Below, in pieces: positions 1-10,244 of a stretch of 64,000 nucleotides of DNA. Where the stretch lies: the NCBI GenBank assembly GCA_963665275.2, contig CAXXIN010000003.1, positions 96,001 through 160,000 of the forward strand. The letters are read 5' to 3'. The position numbers were made by a program, and so were the translations under genes. This DNA comes from Negativicutes bacterium (lineage in GTDB: Bacteria > Bacillota > Negativicutes > UBA1444). The notes beneath the pieces are model-generated. The model did no database searches and had not been told where the DNA came from. It saw only the letters and a program-made list of their open reading frames with translations. How positions within the stretch are numbered: the stretch's first letter is position 1; each line of letters begins with the position of its first letter.

Positions 1-79
1 GAGATATTTTCGAACGTGTATCTGAAGGACATGCTTTCGCCCCGGCGTGCACCGCAAGCGTATCGATTTTTTTTGACAT
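1..79 (-). CDS. Cys/Met metabolism PLP-dependent enzyme (methionine gamma-lyase/cystathionine gamma-synthase family), 5' end only
   Basis: ATG at 79 with an AGGAGG RBS; translation MSKKIDTLAVHAGAKACPSDTRSKIS matches the family N-terminal T-x-A-V-H-A-G motif; runs off the window edge. Confidence 0.6.
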   Translation of the reverse strand, partial: MSKKIDTLAVHAGAKACPSDTRSKIS

Positions 80-2278
80 TATTTCAGCCTCCTACCTCTT
101 TTTACAATTGTGCAGGCAATGATAATATTTTCGAACTGATATTTCTTTCGCGCCTTGTGGCAAAGTTCCTGCTAAGTTGGGATAATGGTCGGGTAAAAGA
201 AAAAAGAGCGGTGACCGGGAATCAACCCAGCCACCGCAATAGTTATTGTAGTCTTTCGGCTTAAATTTAAACGTGGAACTTGCCGACAGCGTCCCTGAGT
301 TCCATGGCCAATTGAGCCAGACTTTGGCTGGATGAAGCAATTTCCTCCATGGAGGCGGACTGTTCTTCTGTAGCAGCTGATACGGTCTGCGCCTGCGCGG
401 CGGCCTCTTTGGCAAGTAAATCAATCTGGTTAACCGACCCGACGATCTGTTGACTGCCGATCGCCATCTGCTCGATAGTGGCCGACACTTCTTTGACTTG
501 ATCCGATACTTGGTCCACCAAAGCCACGATTTCCTGGAAAGCCTGCCCTGCAGCATTCACGACTTCCGCGCCCAGTTTCACTTCACGCGTACCATTGTCC
601 ATGGCAGTAACTGCTTGTTCTGTATCACTCTGAATTCCGCCAATCAACGCAGAAATTTGTTTGGTTGCCGCCTGCGACTGTTCCGCCAGTTTGCGGACTT
701 CCTCAGCGACAACGGCGAAGCCTCGTCCTTGTTCACCCGCCCTGGCTGCTTCAATCGCCGCATTGAGAGCCAACAGGTTCGTCTGATCGGCTATGCCGGC
801 AATGGTAGCGACGATCTGGCCGATTGCCTTGGATCGCTCACCCAATTCCGCCACCACTTTGGCGGAGCTGTTGACGGTATGTTCAATTCGTCCCATCTGC
901 TCGACGGCTTTCTTCACCGCTTTGTTTCCTTCATTGGCCTGCACCGCGGCCCGTGAAGACTGATCCGCGACTTCATTGGTCGTAGCGGAGACTTGCTGAA
1001 TGCTTGCTGACATCTCCTGAACCACGGCAGCAGTTGCATTGGCAGCAGCCAACTGTTTCTCCGCGCCCGTTGCCACCTCCGTGATGGCCCCGGCTACCTG
1101 ATTGGCAGCTTGCGCGGATTGGTCGGCGCTGGCTGTCAGTTCTTCACTGGAAGCGGCCAGTTGTTCAGACTGCGCGTGCATCTTCGATACAAGATCACGC
1201 AAGGTTCCCCGCATTTCACGAAACCCTTTGGCCAGCTGCCCGATTTCATCCTCGGAATTTACCCTGGCCACCTGTTCCCGCAAGTCGCCCTGGGCCAACA
1301 GCAGACATTCATCGCGAATGAATGAAATGGGTCTGGCAAATTTTTTGGCGATGAACAGAATAATTACGGCCACCACCAGCAGCCCCATCAACGAAATGAT
1401 CATCATCATTCTTGCCAGCGCTTCGGTATCCCGGGTCGCCTCCGCTTCGGGAGCCGCTACTGAGAAAATCCAGCGCTGCCCTCCAGGCAGATCGACAGGT
1501 GTGAACACCGCCACGCGGGCAATATTGTCAACAAAAGTATAGCTCCCTACAGACTGTTTCCCTGTCTGGACTGCCGCTTTGAACAAACTGATCAATTTGT
1601 CATCTATTTCGGTCTGTTGCAGCTTCAGTTCGGGATTGATTTTTTTCTCCTGCAGATTAAGTTTGCCGACTACCTCAACCTTATGAGGATGCGCGATGAT
1701 CATGCCGGAGTCATCAGCCAGTTGACCATATCCAGTCTCCAAAAATTTTACATCCTTGATTATTCCATTCAGCCGTTCCGTTGAAAAAGTCCCCACCATC
1801 ACGCCGACTAGCTGACCCTGGTTGAGCACAGGAACTGCCAGAACGACCGCCAGCTTTCCGGTCGCCTTGGAAATCAGTGGATCGGAAACAACCGGTTTTT
1901 GGGTCGCGACAACTTTTTTGAAGTAATCCCGTTCTGCATAGGAAGCAGTCGTTCCCGCGCTGGTCAACCCAGCGCCATCGGGTGCAACGAACACAATGAC
2001 ATCAAATTTCCCCAACCTTTTGAATGTCTCAGCCATTACATATACCATCTGTCCGCTATCCGCCCTGGTTCGAATCTGCTGCAAATTCGCCAGATCCTCC
2101 AATTGGGCCAGCATGGTTTCTATATCCGACTTCACGCGCTGAGAATACCCCACCCCTACGGCCATTGCGGTTTGGTCGATATTTTTCGTCAGAGCCTGAT
2201 TTGCCAGATAGTAGCTTGCTCCTGAAAGCACGCACAGAGCCAGCAGAACAACCGGCAATAAGGCCAGCAGCAGTCGGG

Positions 2279-3616
2279 GATAGCGTACAATAAAGTTCGC
2301 AAAAGAGAATAGGAAAAACCATCGGCAACTCCGAAAAGGTAAGTGTCCAGCAAACCAAGAAGGAGTGTAGCGCCGATGGTTTACCAAAATTCTACCGTAC
2401 CTTTTGAAAAAATGCTAATGAAATTTGTGGCAGACGACGATCCCATGCAGGAAATGCTCAAGTGGCTCTGCGAACGACTCATGGCAGCCGAAGTGGACGG
2501 CAAGCTGGAAGCCCAAAAATCAGAGCGAACCCAAACTCGCCAGGGATATCGCTCAGGTTATCGAGTCAGGCGATTTGACACGCGAATGGGGACAATGTAT
2601 CTGATGGTGCCCAAGATCCGAAATGGCGGGTATATCCCATTCTTCCTGGAAGCCAGAAAACGATCCGAAGCCGCTTTGATGAACGTCATTCAGGAAGCCT
2701 ATGTAAACGGCGTATCGACACGGAAAATCGACAAACTCACCAAAAGTTTGGGGATCGACTCCATCTCCCGCAGTCAGGTTTCGGCCATCACCAAAGAATT
2801 AAATGAACAAGTTGAAGCCTTCCGCAATCGCCAGTTGGAAGAGATCTATCCGGTTCTATGGGTGGATGCCTTGTATGAACGTATCCGCGATCACCATAGT
2901 GTTAAAAACATGGCGGTCCTGGTAGTTACAGGCATTAATTGCGACGGCAAACGCGATATCCTGGCGATTGAACCGATGGTTGAGGAATCCGCCGCCACGT
3001 ATACCCAACTGTTCGACAATCTCAAAGCCCGGGGAGTAAAAAAGGTCTGGTTGGTTGTATCGGATGCGCATAAGGGGCTGGTCAAAGCCGTGAGGGAATC
3101 CTTCGTTGGTTGCGCCTGGCAACGCTGCAAAGTCCATTTCATGCGAAATATCTTGGCCCATATATCCAGCCGGGAAAAGAAAACCTTTGCGGAAAAACTC
3201 AAGCAAATCTGGCTCCAGCCTGACTATGACAGCGCCAAAAAATATGCGGCGTCTCTGATGGACGATTATGAAACAAGATATCCGGAAGCGATTGCCACAC
3301 TGGAAGACGGTCTGGAAGAATCGCTGCAGTTTTTCAGTTTCAATGAAATCGACTCGCGAAAAATCTCATCCACTAATCTGTTGGAACGGCTAAACAAGGA
3401 AATCCGGCGTCGAACAAAGGTGGTCGGTATCTTCCCGAGTATGGATTCCTATGTTCGCCTAGTAACCAGTTACTTGATTGAATACAGCGAGGATTGGTCT
3501 AGCGGGCGATCTTATATTCATCCCATGATCATTACAGAGATCCAGCAAAAACTCGATGCGGCTGCTTAACCAAGCTGGAGTGCCGATGGTTTTTGCGAAC
3601 ATTATTTGACACTATC
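2279..3616 (+). mobile_element. IS256-family insertion sequence, 1338 bp
   Basis: Imperfect 26-bp terminal IRs GATAGCGTACAATAAAGTTCGCAAAA / revcomp GATAGTGTCAAATAATGTTCGCAAAA; 8-bp direct repeat CAGTCGGG at 2271-2278 and 3617-3624. Confidence 0.95.
2376..3569 (+). CDS. IS256-family (Mutator-like DDE) transposase
   Basis: Motifs [57 protein letters not shown]; RBS AAGGAG before ATG 2376. Confidence 0.95.
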   Translation: MVYQNSTVPFEKMLMKFVADDDPMQEMLKWLCERLMAAEVDGKLEAQKSERTQTRQGYRSGYRVRRFDTRMGTMYLMVPKIRNGGYIPFFLEARKRSEAALMNVIQEAYVNGVSTRKIDKLTKSLGIDSISRSQVSAITKELNEQVEAFRNRQLEEIYPVLWVDALYERIRDHHSVKNMAVLVVTGINCDGKRDILAIEPMVEESAATYTQLFDNLKARGVKKVWLVVSDAHKGLVKAVRESFVGCAWQRCKVHFMRNILAHISSREKKTFAEKLKQIWLQPDYDSAKKYAASLMDDYETRYPEAIATLEDGLEESLQFFSFNEIDSRKISSTNLLERLNKEIRRRTKVVGIFPSMDSYVRLVTSYLIEYSEDWSSGRSYIHPMIITEIQQKLDAAA

Positions 3617-3686
3617 CAGTCGGGTCTGAATGTTTTTCACTTTCATTATTTCAAATATCCCTCCAAAAAATATTAGGATTGAGGAT

Positions 3687-3725
3687 AAAAAACCGCCAAT
3701 TTGCCATTGCAAATTGGCGGTTTTT
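3687..3725 (-). terminator. Intrinsic terminator, the probable expression platform of the c-di-GMP riboswitch
   Basis: Stem AACCGCCAATTTGC / GCAAATTGGCGGTT flanked by A and T runs, between the aptamer and the MCP start. Confidence 0.8.
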
Positions 3726-3737
3726 CATACCAACCAT

Positions 3738-3822
3738 ACAGCAACCTGGCAATCATAAGACGGTTCATCTCTAAGACCCATGGCTTTGCGTCCCTGCTTT
3801 TCAACAGGTTTGCCCATATTTT
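3738..3822 (-). ncRNA. c-di-GMP-I (GEMM) riboswitch
   Basis: Minus strand reads GGGCAAACCTGTTGAAAAGCAGGGACGCAAAGCCATGGGTCTTAG...ATGATTGCCAGGTTGC, the GEMM-I consensus; lies upstream of a chemoreceptor. Confidence 0.9.
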
Positions 3823-3953
3823 TTTATTTTCGGGTAACTATCCAAGCAATAATCCCATAAATGTCCCTCAAAGTCAAGTTTGGACAATACCGGGATTAGC
3901 TTCACCCACCAGGAATGCTTTGTTATCGAAGCATTCTATATTTGGGGAAGAGA

Positions 3954-4832
3954 TTAAATTAATGTTCGCCCGGTAAAAATTGAAACTGCCGTAGCATAAA
4001 ATATATATCGGCCGATGAATTCTCCTGCCGCAATAAGCATTAGGGCTCCAAGCGCCTGATTTACAGGCAAAACCGATCGGGGATTCTTTAACACCGAATA
4101 CAAGAGAGCTACTCCCGCCAAGGAAAGCAGCGCGCGAATTACAAGGGGCATGAGATAACTGCCTGAAATCATGGCTGCAGAGTCATGCGCTGCCGCGGAT
4201 CCTGCGTTGAGCGTTGAAACAAAAACCGGTGTGTACACAAGCGGAACTGCCACTGCAATAACAGCAATGCCGGCTACGATTTTCAGCAGCTTGCCAACCG
4301 GGGCAGGAATAGCACCCCCTTTTAATTCAAAGGCCACGAGGCTGGTTGCTCCTACACATCCCAACGCGAAGGTCGTGCCAAAGAAAGCCAGATAAGTATT
4401 CGCATCCATCCAGGCAGGACGAACCGACAGGGAATGGACGCTGGCGTTGCTGAAAATAGCCGCGAGCCCGAACAGTGCCGTCACTATGCCCAAAGCGACG
4501 CCCGGTTTTCCTTGTTTGAAAGTCGAGTAGGAAAGGAACCAGCAAACAAAAAATCCGCCTGCCGTTATAATTTCACGGCTTAACCAGGAAGATGCCAGAT
4601 TAAGGACAGCACGATAGGCGCCCAGTGGCGTTCCCAAATGAAACACGGAAAGGACTAATGCCAAGGCCATAATCGGACCGACCATTTTGAGACCTGGATT
4701 GGTCAGCCGAATTGATAAATGCACATCATTTTTCATTAATGAAAAACGGATGAAAAGCAGAATAATATAAGTGCCAACAGCCAGTTGGCTGAGTAATGTA
4801 AACATCATAAGCGGCCATTCTTCTGAAAACAT
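3954..4832 (-). CDS. dmsC: DMSO reductase-family membrane anchor subunit
   Basis: EWPLMMFTLLSQLAVG, SVFHLGTP, SSWLSREI and EFIGRYIFY motifs; multiple TM helices. Confidence 0.9.
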   Translation of the reverse strand: MFSEEWPLMMFTLLSQLAVGTYIILLFIRFSLMKNDVHLSIRLTNPGLKMVGPIMALALVLSVFHLGTPLGAYRAVLNLASSWLSREIITAGGFFVCWFLSYSTFKQGKPGVALGIVTALFGLAAIFSNASVHSLSVRPAWMDANTYLAFFGTTFALGCVGATSLVAFELKGGAIPAPVGKLLKIVAGIAVIAVAVPLVYTPVFVSTLNAGSAAAHDSAAMISGSYLMPLVIRALLSLAGVALLYSVLKNPRSVLPVNQALGALMLIAAGEFIGRYIFYATAVSIFTGRTLI

Positions 4833-4844
4833 TTCGTACCCCCC

Positions 4845-5387
4845 TTATTTTTTCTTGGTGGTAATACACAAAGACGGACGAGTCATTTCCGAACCCGGCA
4901 GCCCTTTAACATCGGCGATATTACCGTACTGCTTGCGAAGCGTTTCGATCTCCCCCACATGCAGGGATCTGGTGATGCAGGCAGTCACACACGCCGGCTC
5001 TTCCCCTTTTGCCAACAGATCGGCGCAAAGATCGCATTTGCCAATTATCCCTTCATCTTCTTTATATTGCGGCACGCCGTAAGGGCAGGACCACAGGCAC
5101 AGTTTGCATCCAATACACTTATTTTTGTCATGCAGAACGATCCCATCTTGTTCTCTTTTATATAATGCGCCGGTTGGACAGTTCTTGACGCATTTGGGAT
5201 CAGCGCAATGATTACATCCCATGGATAGGTGATCAATCCGCGGATTGGGGTAAACGCCGCTTTCCATGTCATAAACCTGTCGGTAAAGCACACCGACTTT
5301 TAGATTGTTTTTATCTTTACAGGCAATTTGACAGACCCTGCAGCCAACGCATGTTGTCATGTCATAATGAAATCCAAGTTGCGTCAT
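4845..5387 (-). CDS. dmsB: DMSO reductase-family Fe-S subunit
   Basis: Four ferredoxin Cys clusters (CVGCRVCQIAC, CNHCADPKCVKNCP, CIGCKLCLWSCP, KCDLC...PACVTAC). Confidence 0.92.
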   Translation of the reverse strand: MTQLGFHYDMTTCVGCRVCQIACKDKNNLKVGVLYRQVYDMESGVYPNPRIDHLSMGCNHCADPKCVKNCPTGALYKREQDGIVLHDKNKCIGCKLCLWSCPYGVPQYKEDEGIIGKCDLCADLLAKGEEPACVTACITRSLHVGEIETLRKQYGNIADVKGLPGSEMTRPSLCITTKKK

Positions 5388-5408
5388 TCCTGTTATACTC
5401 CTTCCTTG

Positions 5409-7973
5409 TTATATGATCCGTTGGGGCCACTTTACATCAGGTATCAGCGCTGCACCCGTCCACTTTTCAACCTGAATGTTGCAGGTATTCCAGCCGCCGA
5501 TGCCTTGCCCTGTCGCGATGGGTCCCGTCAGGATATTATCCGCGCCAGCCTTATCAACCCCATTTTTCTCATCCATGTCGACCCACGCGCCATGAGGGAG
5601 TCCAACGACGCCCGGCATGAGACGCTGCGTGACTTGCGCGGTTCGTAGCGTTTTCCCATGGCGGCTTTTCAGCAGGACCGTGTCACCCGTCTTGATACCC
5701 CGCTCACCGGCATCCTTCGCGCTGACAAAGACAGGATTCGGGAAGGCTTCGCGAAGCTGGGGAATATTATCAAAAATTCCATGGGATCGCCTGAAGTAAT
5801 GCGGATTCACCACTTGCAGCGGATACTCGCCTTTGACTTTGGCCTTCCAATCTTTGAAAGTGTCTTCATATCCTTCTGTCGCTTTATTATAGCTTGGGAA
5901 CGGTTTAATTTCGGTGAATCCATAATTTTTGATCAACGTGGCCAAGGCCCTGGAGTGAATCTCCAGTTTTCCGGACTCAGTTTTCAATGGGTTGGCAGCC
6001 GGATCCTGACGAAATTTCTCATACCCAATATAGCCAAACTTATCACCCGGTTTGCGTTCCACCTGGTACATTCCTTTTTCTCTAAATTCCTTCAACGTGA
6101 TCCGACCTTGTTGCGGCTTCCCTTGAACGCCCATTTCGGCAATGTCAGCCGCAGTAATCGTCAAAAGGGTTTCCATGCCGGAGCCGTCCGCTTTGATAAC
6201 CGTTGCCCCGGCTAATTGATTAAAGATCTGCTGCTTTTCGGGAATCGGATAAATGTTTTCCGCTTTAAGGCCCAATCGCTTACCGATTTCAATCGCCATC
6301 CACTGATCGTGCTTCGCTTCGAAGAGAGGCTGAGTCACCCGTGTGTAATGGATTAAGATTTCGCGGTTCCCTGTGCCGAAGCCGCCTTCACGTTCCCACT
6401 CCGTTGTGGCAGGCAGAATAATATCGGCGTATTTGGCATTCGTCGTTAAAAAGTGGGAATGACAAACAACGAACTCTACCTTACGGTGTGCTTCAATCCC
6501 CTTGTTCATGGCGGAGCGGGTTTGCAGAACCGAGCTATATCCATGATAAATCAGCTGAATATTGATATCCTTCTTCTTGTTATAGCCTGCCGTATACCTT
6601 CCTGAAAGAATGGCTTCCCACATTTCGTTATCATTAATACTGTCAGTCACTGGGTTTTTAATTGCCGGCAATCCGTTTCCGCCTGGTTTGACAAGACCGG
6701 GACCTCCATTGCCCGAGCCAAAGTGACAGCTAACCCCTGTCATTCGTCCGGGCTGACCCATGTGTCCGGTCATCGCCCCAAAAGACATAAACATTTGCGG
6801 CCACGAGTCGGAATTGTTGATCCGTGACGCAGCCCATGCGGTAAATAAAGCGACCCGTTTGGTTTTGGCAATTTGCAAAGCAATGTCACGGATTGTGTTG
6901 GGTTCTATCCCGCAAATTTCAGCGGCCCACGCCGGCGTCTTCGGCAACCCGTCAAACGTTCCAAGAATATAGTCTTTCAGATTATCCTTCGGATCAGCGC
7001 CCTGAGGCATATGATCCGCATCGAAGCCTACCGTGCAGCGATATAGGAAATCCCAATCAATCAGCGGGTTCGTTGCCGGCGCATCTTCTTTCAATAGAGT
7101 GTACGCCATTCCCAGTAGCATTGCATGATCTGTCCCTGGATGTATGGGAACCCACTGCGCCTCGAGAGTTTCCGCCGTATCGGTATAGATAGGATCAATG
7201 ATAATGAACTTTGCGCCTGCCTTTTTGGCCTGCAAATAGTTATACGTCGGATTTCCTCCTGCACTCCAGGCAGGATTGCCGCCCCAGAGAACAACAAGCT
7301 GGGAATTCCGCAAGTCTAACCGATCATTGATGCTATGCTCAAAGTACCCTTCTTGCATGCCGAATTTCGCCGGACCCCAACGCCAAGAACCCCAGGAAGT
7401 TGTCCCCCAATGTGTGGAATGCCCCCCATAGAGTCCCAACGCGCGCGGCATTTCGCTGCCACCTGTTACAAAGATCGAACTATTGCCGTATTTTTCACGG
7501 ATTCGTTTGATTTCACCCGACACACTATCCAGCGCTTCATCCCAAGAAATCCGAACCCATTCATCTTTACCGCGCAGTTCTTTTTTCCCACCGCCCGGCG
7601 CCCAATTTTTCCGTTTCATCGGATATTTGATCCGATCAACACCAAAAACCTGATGGCGCTGGGATCGACCGCGGGCGCAGCCTCTTTGCTGAGGATAATC
7701 AGGCGAGTCGGCGTGGGTATCATCCGTTTTTTGACGGAGGACTACGCCATCCACAACATACGCTTTATTCATACAACGTCCGCCACAATTATGCCAGCAG
7801 GCAGCAGTAATCCACTTGCCTTCCTTCTTGGCCAGCTCTTCCGCCTGTTGGTTGGGCACTTTTGTGAGACCGCAGCCCGACAGGGAAACGGCCGCAAGCG
7901 TGCCTGCTGTGAGCCCCATGAAGGACCGTCGGCTCATCGCGTAGTTTTTGGCTTTGTCGATAAGATTTCCCAT
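5409..7973 (-). CDS. dmsA: Mo-bisPGD oxidoreductase catalytic subunit (DmsA-like) with Tat signal
   Basis: Tat motif SRRSFM; CWHNCGGRC...GCARG Fe-S motif; C-terminal molydopterin-binding domain; RBS AGGAGG; substrate not established. Confidence 0.85.
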   Translation of the reverse strand: MGNLIDKAKNYAMSRRSFMGLTAGTLAAVSLSGCGLTKVPNQQAEELAKKEGKWITAACWHNCGGRCMNKAYVVDGVVLRQKTDDTHADSPDYPQQRGCARGRSQRHQVFGVDRIKYPMKRKNWAPGGGKKELRGKDEWVRISWDEALDSVSGEIKRIREKYGNSSIFVTGGSEMPRALGLYGGHSTHWGTTSWGSWRWGPAKFGMQEGYFEHSINDRLDLRNSQLVVLWGGNPAWSAGGNPTYNYLQAKKAGAKFIIIDPIYTDTAETLEAQWVPIHPGTDHAMLLGMAYTLLKEDAPATNPLIDWDFLYRCTVGFDADHMPQGADPKDNLKDYILGTFDGLPKTPAWAAEICGIEPNTIRDIALQIAKTKRVALFTAWAASRINNSDSWPQMFMSFGAMTGHMGQPGRMTGVSCHFGSGNGGPGLVKPGGNGLPAIKNPVTDSINDNEMWEAILSGRYTAGYNKKKDINIQLIYHGYSSVLQTRSAMNKGIEAHRKVEFVVCHSHFLTTNAKYADIILPATTEWEREGGFGTGNREILIHYTRVTQPLFEAKHDQWMAIEIGKRLGLKAENIYPIPEKQQIFNQLAGATVIKADGSGMETLLTITAADIAEMGVQGKPQQGRITLKEFREKGMYQVERKPGDKFGYIGYEKFRQDPAANPLKTESGKLEIHSRALATLIKNYGFTEIKPFPSYNKATEGYEDTFKDWKAKVKGEYPLQVVNPHYFRRSHGIFDNIPQLREAFPNPVFVSAKDAGERGIKTGDTVLLKSRHGKTLRTAQVTQRLMPGVVGLPHGAWVDMDEKNGVDKAGADNILTGPIATGQGIGGWNTCNIQVEKWTGAALIPDVKWPQRII

Positions 7974-8000
7974 AAACATTCTCCTCCTAAACCCTTATAT

Positions 8001-8705
8001 CTAAAACTCAATTTCCAACAGTTCATGGAGCGCACTTTGGTCAACTTGCAAAAAGCCTCTGAGGATCTGTGCCGTCCCTTGATAAAGTTCCGTACCGGAA
8101 TGCGCAATGACTTGTCCTGCGAAAGCCGGAACCCAACGAAGAAGGTGCTGTTCCAGAAAGTCAACTTGGTCACGCAAAACTTCCCGCATTCCCGAGCAAT
8201 CCTGGTTTTCAACCTTTTCACAGGTCACAATCGACAGTTGATACATAAAATCACATTCCAGCCCCACATGATCATCCGCTTCCTGCTGATAGAGTTTGGG
8301 CAAGAAAGCATATTTCAGATAAGCCAGCCGGACACGTCGCGTCTCTTCCTGAAACAGCAGTTTGTCTTTATTAAGATAGGCTGATTCCCAGGGAGGCGCC
8401 GGTAACTCGCCGGGGCCAATAAAGAGTCGCGTGTAATCCCAGTGAAGTTTGTCATATTCTATTTCCGTCATCACATCGTGTTGCCCGAGGTAGTCTTGAA
8501 CCTTTCGAATCCCTTGCTCAATCTCTTCGTTTTCATCTTTAAAAGGGAACTCCTGAAGGGTTTGCTGTTGACTCAGGTTCTGCAGGAATTCCGGCGAAGG
8601 TTCCTGTAGAAAAGCACGACGCAGAAAATCATACGCAAACACTCTCGTTTCCAGAAGCGGCTGCAAAAATCGGGTACCAGATTCCGCTTTAATATTCTGT
8701 GACAT
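8001..8705 (-). CDS. TorD/DmsD-family Tat chaperone
   Basis: YTRLFIGP, APPWESAY, EADDHVGLE and FLEQHLLRWVPAF motifs. Confidence 0.9.
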   Translation of the reverse strand: MSQNIKAESGTRFLQPLLETRVFAYDFLRRAFLQEPSPEFLQNLSQQQTLQEFPFKDENEEIEQGIRKVQDYLGQHDVMTEIEYDKLHWDYTRLFIGPGELPAPPWESAYLNKDKLLFQEETRRVRLAYLKYAFLPKLYQQEADDHVGLECDFMYQLSIVTCEKVENQDCSGMREVLRDQVDFLEQHLLRWVPAFAGQVIAHSGTELYQGTAQILRGFLQVDQSALHELLEIEF

Positions 8706-8725
8706 TGAAACACCTCATCTAACTT

Positions 8726-10045
8726 TCACACCATACTGATATGGAACTCTTGCGAAAAAACGCGTTCAATTTTTAATTCCCGGCGATATAGTTCGCCTTC
8801 GCGGACTTCCATAATATTGGTTGATATCCCAATCTCAACAGAGAGCGCTGACAGCAAATGAATTTCATCGACCGGAAACTCCAAGTATTGATAGTCTTTA
8901 TTGACCTCGTATTCCCTCATGTTTTTTGCGTCAAAAATGCACATGACTGTGGGGATGTCGTCGCCAAAAACCTTAGCAGTTTTTATAAAATAGTCTTTGG
9001 GTGACAGGTAGATTAACTTCGCCTTATCTGCCAACTGGTTTTGTTGAAAAACCTGTCCGGTAAATTTATTTTCCAAAGAACAATAATGCACCCCCAGGGA
9101 CAGCACCTCTTCAACCGCAAAGTTCAATAATTCCAAGCCCTCATCTTCACTGCCGGCAACAGGCAATCCCCCCGCATACCAGTAATCATAGAGCACTTCA
9201 AAAGGCGGATTTTTTACCCGAAACTGCCGTTTTTTAAACTCCTGGGCATTATGGTAGGGAAAACAAAACTCCAACAAATTAATTCCTGCGATCCCTATAG
9301 AATTTAGTTCTTGCAACAAGTCTTTCATCTCAGGCAAAGTTCCTGGAATCACAGGCATCTCGACCATTACGCAGGGAATATTACTCTTCGCCATACGGAT
9401 CATTTCCATGACCTTACGCCTTCTCTGGAGAGAGTCTTCCAATTTAATGCTAAAGCGGATTTCATTCAACCGGACTCGTTCAAGCTGGTCTAAAATCGCT
9501 TTGTCCAGCAAGTCGCCCGATGTATAAAGCCGGGTGTGCGCCCGAGGAAATTTCAGCTTCGCCGCTTGAAAAAACCGAACTGTCTCTTCTGGATGCAGTA
9601 ATGGCTCGCCACCCGTTAATGCAATATAGTCTAGGGTCCCACCCGTCTGCTTGAGCTGATCCAATTCCTTGATACTGTCCCGTTGCCGTGCGGTATGTTC
9701 GTCATAATCCTGCTGATTCGGGTTAAAACAGTAATAGCAATGCCGATGACACTGCAAGGACAAATAGAAAGTAGCACTGTTTTGCCCTTTATTGCACGCC
9801 TTGCAGGCTGGTGATATCCAATTAACATAGATACTGTGATTATTATTGCGATGGTTCACCTGATTCTCCGGCAAATGTACTCTCTGCTCAGTTTTGTGTG
9901 TCGAAATGCAGCGATCCAATTCCAAGCCTTCGGTATTTACGTGTTCAAGAAACCGTCCGTATATCCTGGAATAAATTTGCGCATATTCCCTAAATTTCGG
10001 ATTTGCAATTTCAGTCAAGTTACCCTCATTGATCTCCAATAACAT
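8726..10045 (-). CDS. Radical SAM protein (COG2108-like, function unknown)
   Basis: CHRHCYYC CX3CX2C motif, upstream SPACKAC, TGGEP, RLYTSG, EIRFS; AGGAG RBS before ATG 10045. Confidence 0.85.
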   Translation of the reverse strand: MLLEINEGNLTEIANPKFREYAQIYSRIYGRFLEHVNTEGLELDRCISTHKTEQRVHLPENQVNHRNNNHSIYVNWISPACKACNKGQNSATFYLSLQCHRHCYYCFNPNQQDYDEHTARQRDSIKELDQLKQTGGTLDYIALTGGEPLLHPEETVRFFQAAKLKFPRAHTRLYTSGDLLDKAILDQLERVRLNEIRFSIKLEDSLQRRRKVMEMIRMAKSNIPCVMVEMPVIPGTLPEMKDLLQELNSIGIAGINLLEFCFPYHNAQEFKKRQFRVKNPPFEVLYDYWYAGGLPVAGSEDEGLELLNFAVEEVLSLGVHYCSLENKFTGQVFQQNQLADKAKLIYLSPKDYFIKTAKVFGDDIPTVMCIFDAKNMREYEVNKDYQYLEFPVDEIHLLSALSVEIGISTNIMEVREGELYRRELKIERVFSQEFHISMV

Positions 10046-10180
10046 TGAATAACTCCTGTCCACATCGTAATAAAATGAGCATTTAAAAGACTCAGCCTCT
10101 TAAACTTCCATATTATTTATTAAAACCCTTCAAATTCAAGAATATTTTTGATATTTGCCCCAAGATTCACCCCAAGATCC

Positions 10181-10223
10181 AAAAAGAAGAGGATCCGTCC
10201 ATAGATGAACCGATCCTCTTCTT
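10181..10223 (-). terminator. Intrinsic terminator of the TRAP operon
   Basis: AAGAAGAGGATC / GATCCTCTTCTT inverted repeat with A-run, just after the dctP stop. Confidence 0.7.
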
Positions 10224-10244
10224 CATTGATGTATTAGCGTAAGG

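Larger units (their letters stand above)
267..3646 (-). pseudogene. Methyl-accepting chemotaxis protein (dCache-HAMP-MCP signal) interrupted by IS256 after codon 10
   Basis: MCP signature [35 protein letters not shown] in 267-2278; native start ATG 3646 (RBS GGAGG) gives MKVKNIQTRL, which joins in frame to LLALLPVV once the IS and one TSD copy are removed. Confidence 0.9.

Noticed and set aside
158-173. Sigma54-like TGGCAAAGTTCCTGCT
   Set aside because: Points away from the only nearby gene start and the -12 match is imperfect.
2279-2387. N-terminus of the 706-aa ORF (MVNHRRY...) as the true MCP start
   Set aside because: It is IS256 sequence; the native start with RBS is at 3646.
3701-3976. 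91-aa plus-strand ORF
   Set aside because: Antisense to the c-di-GMP riboswitch and leader; no RBS or motif.
7335-8384. Long antisense ORFs (also 12695-13639, 14034-14951, 16012-17106, 17904-18806, 56368-57465)
   Set aside because: Shadow frames of well-supported genes on the opposite strand; no recognisable motifs.
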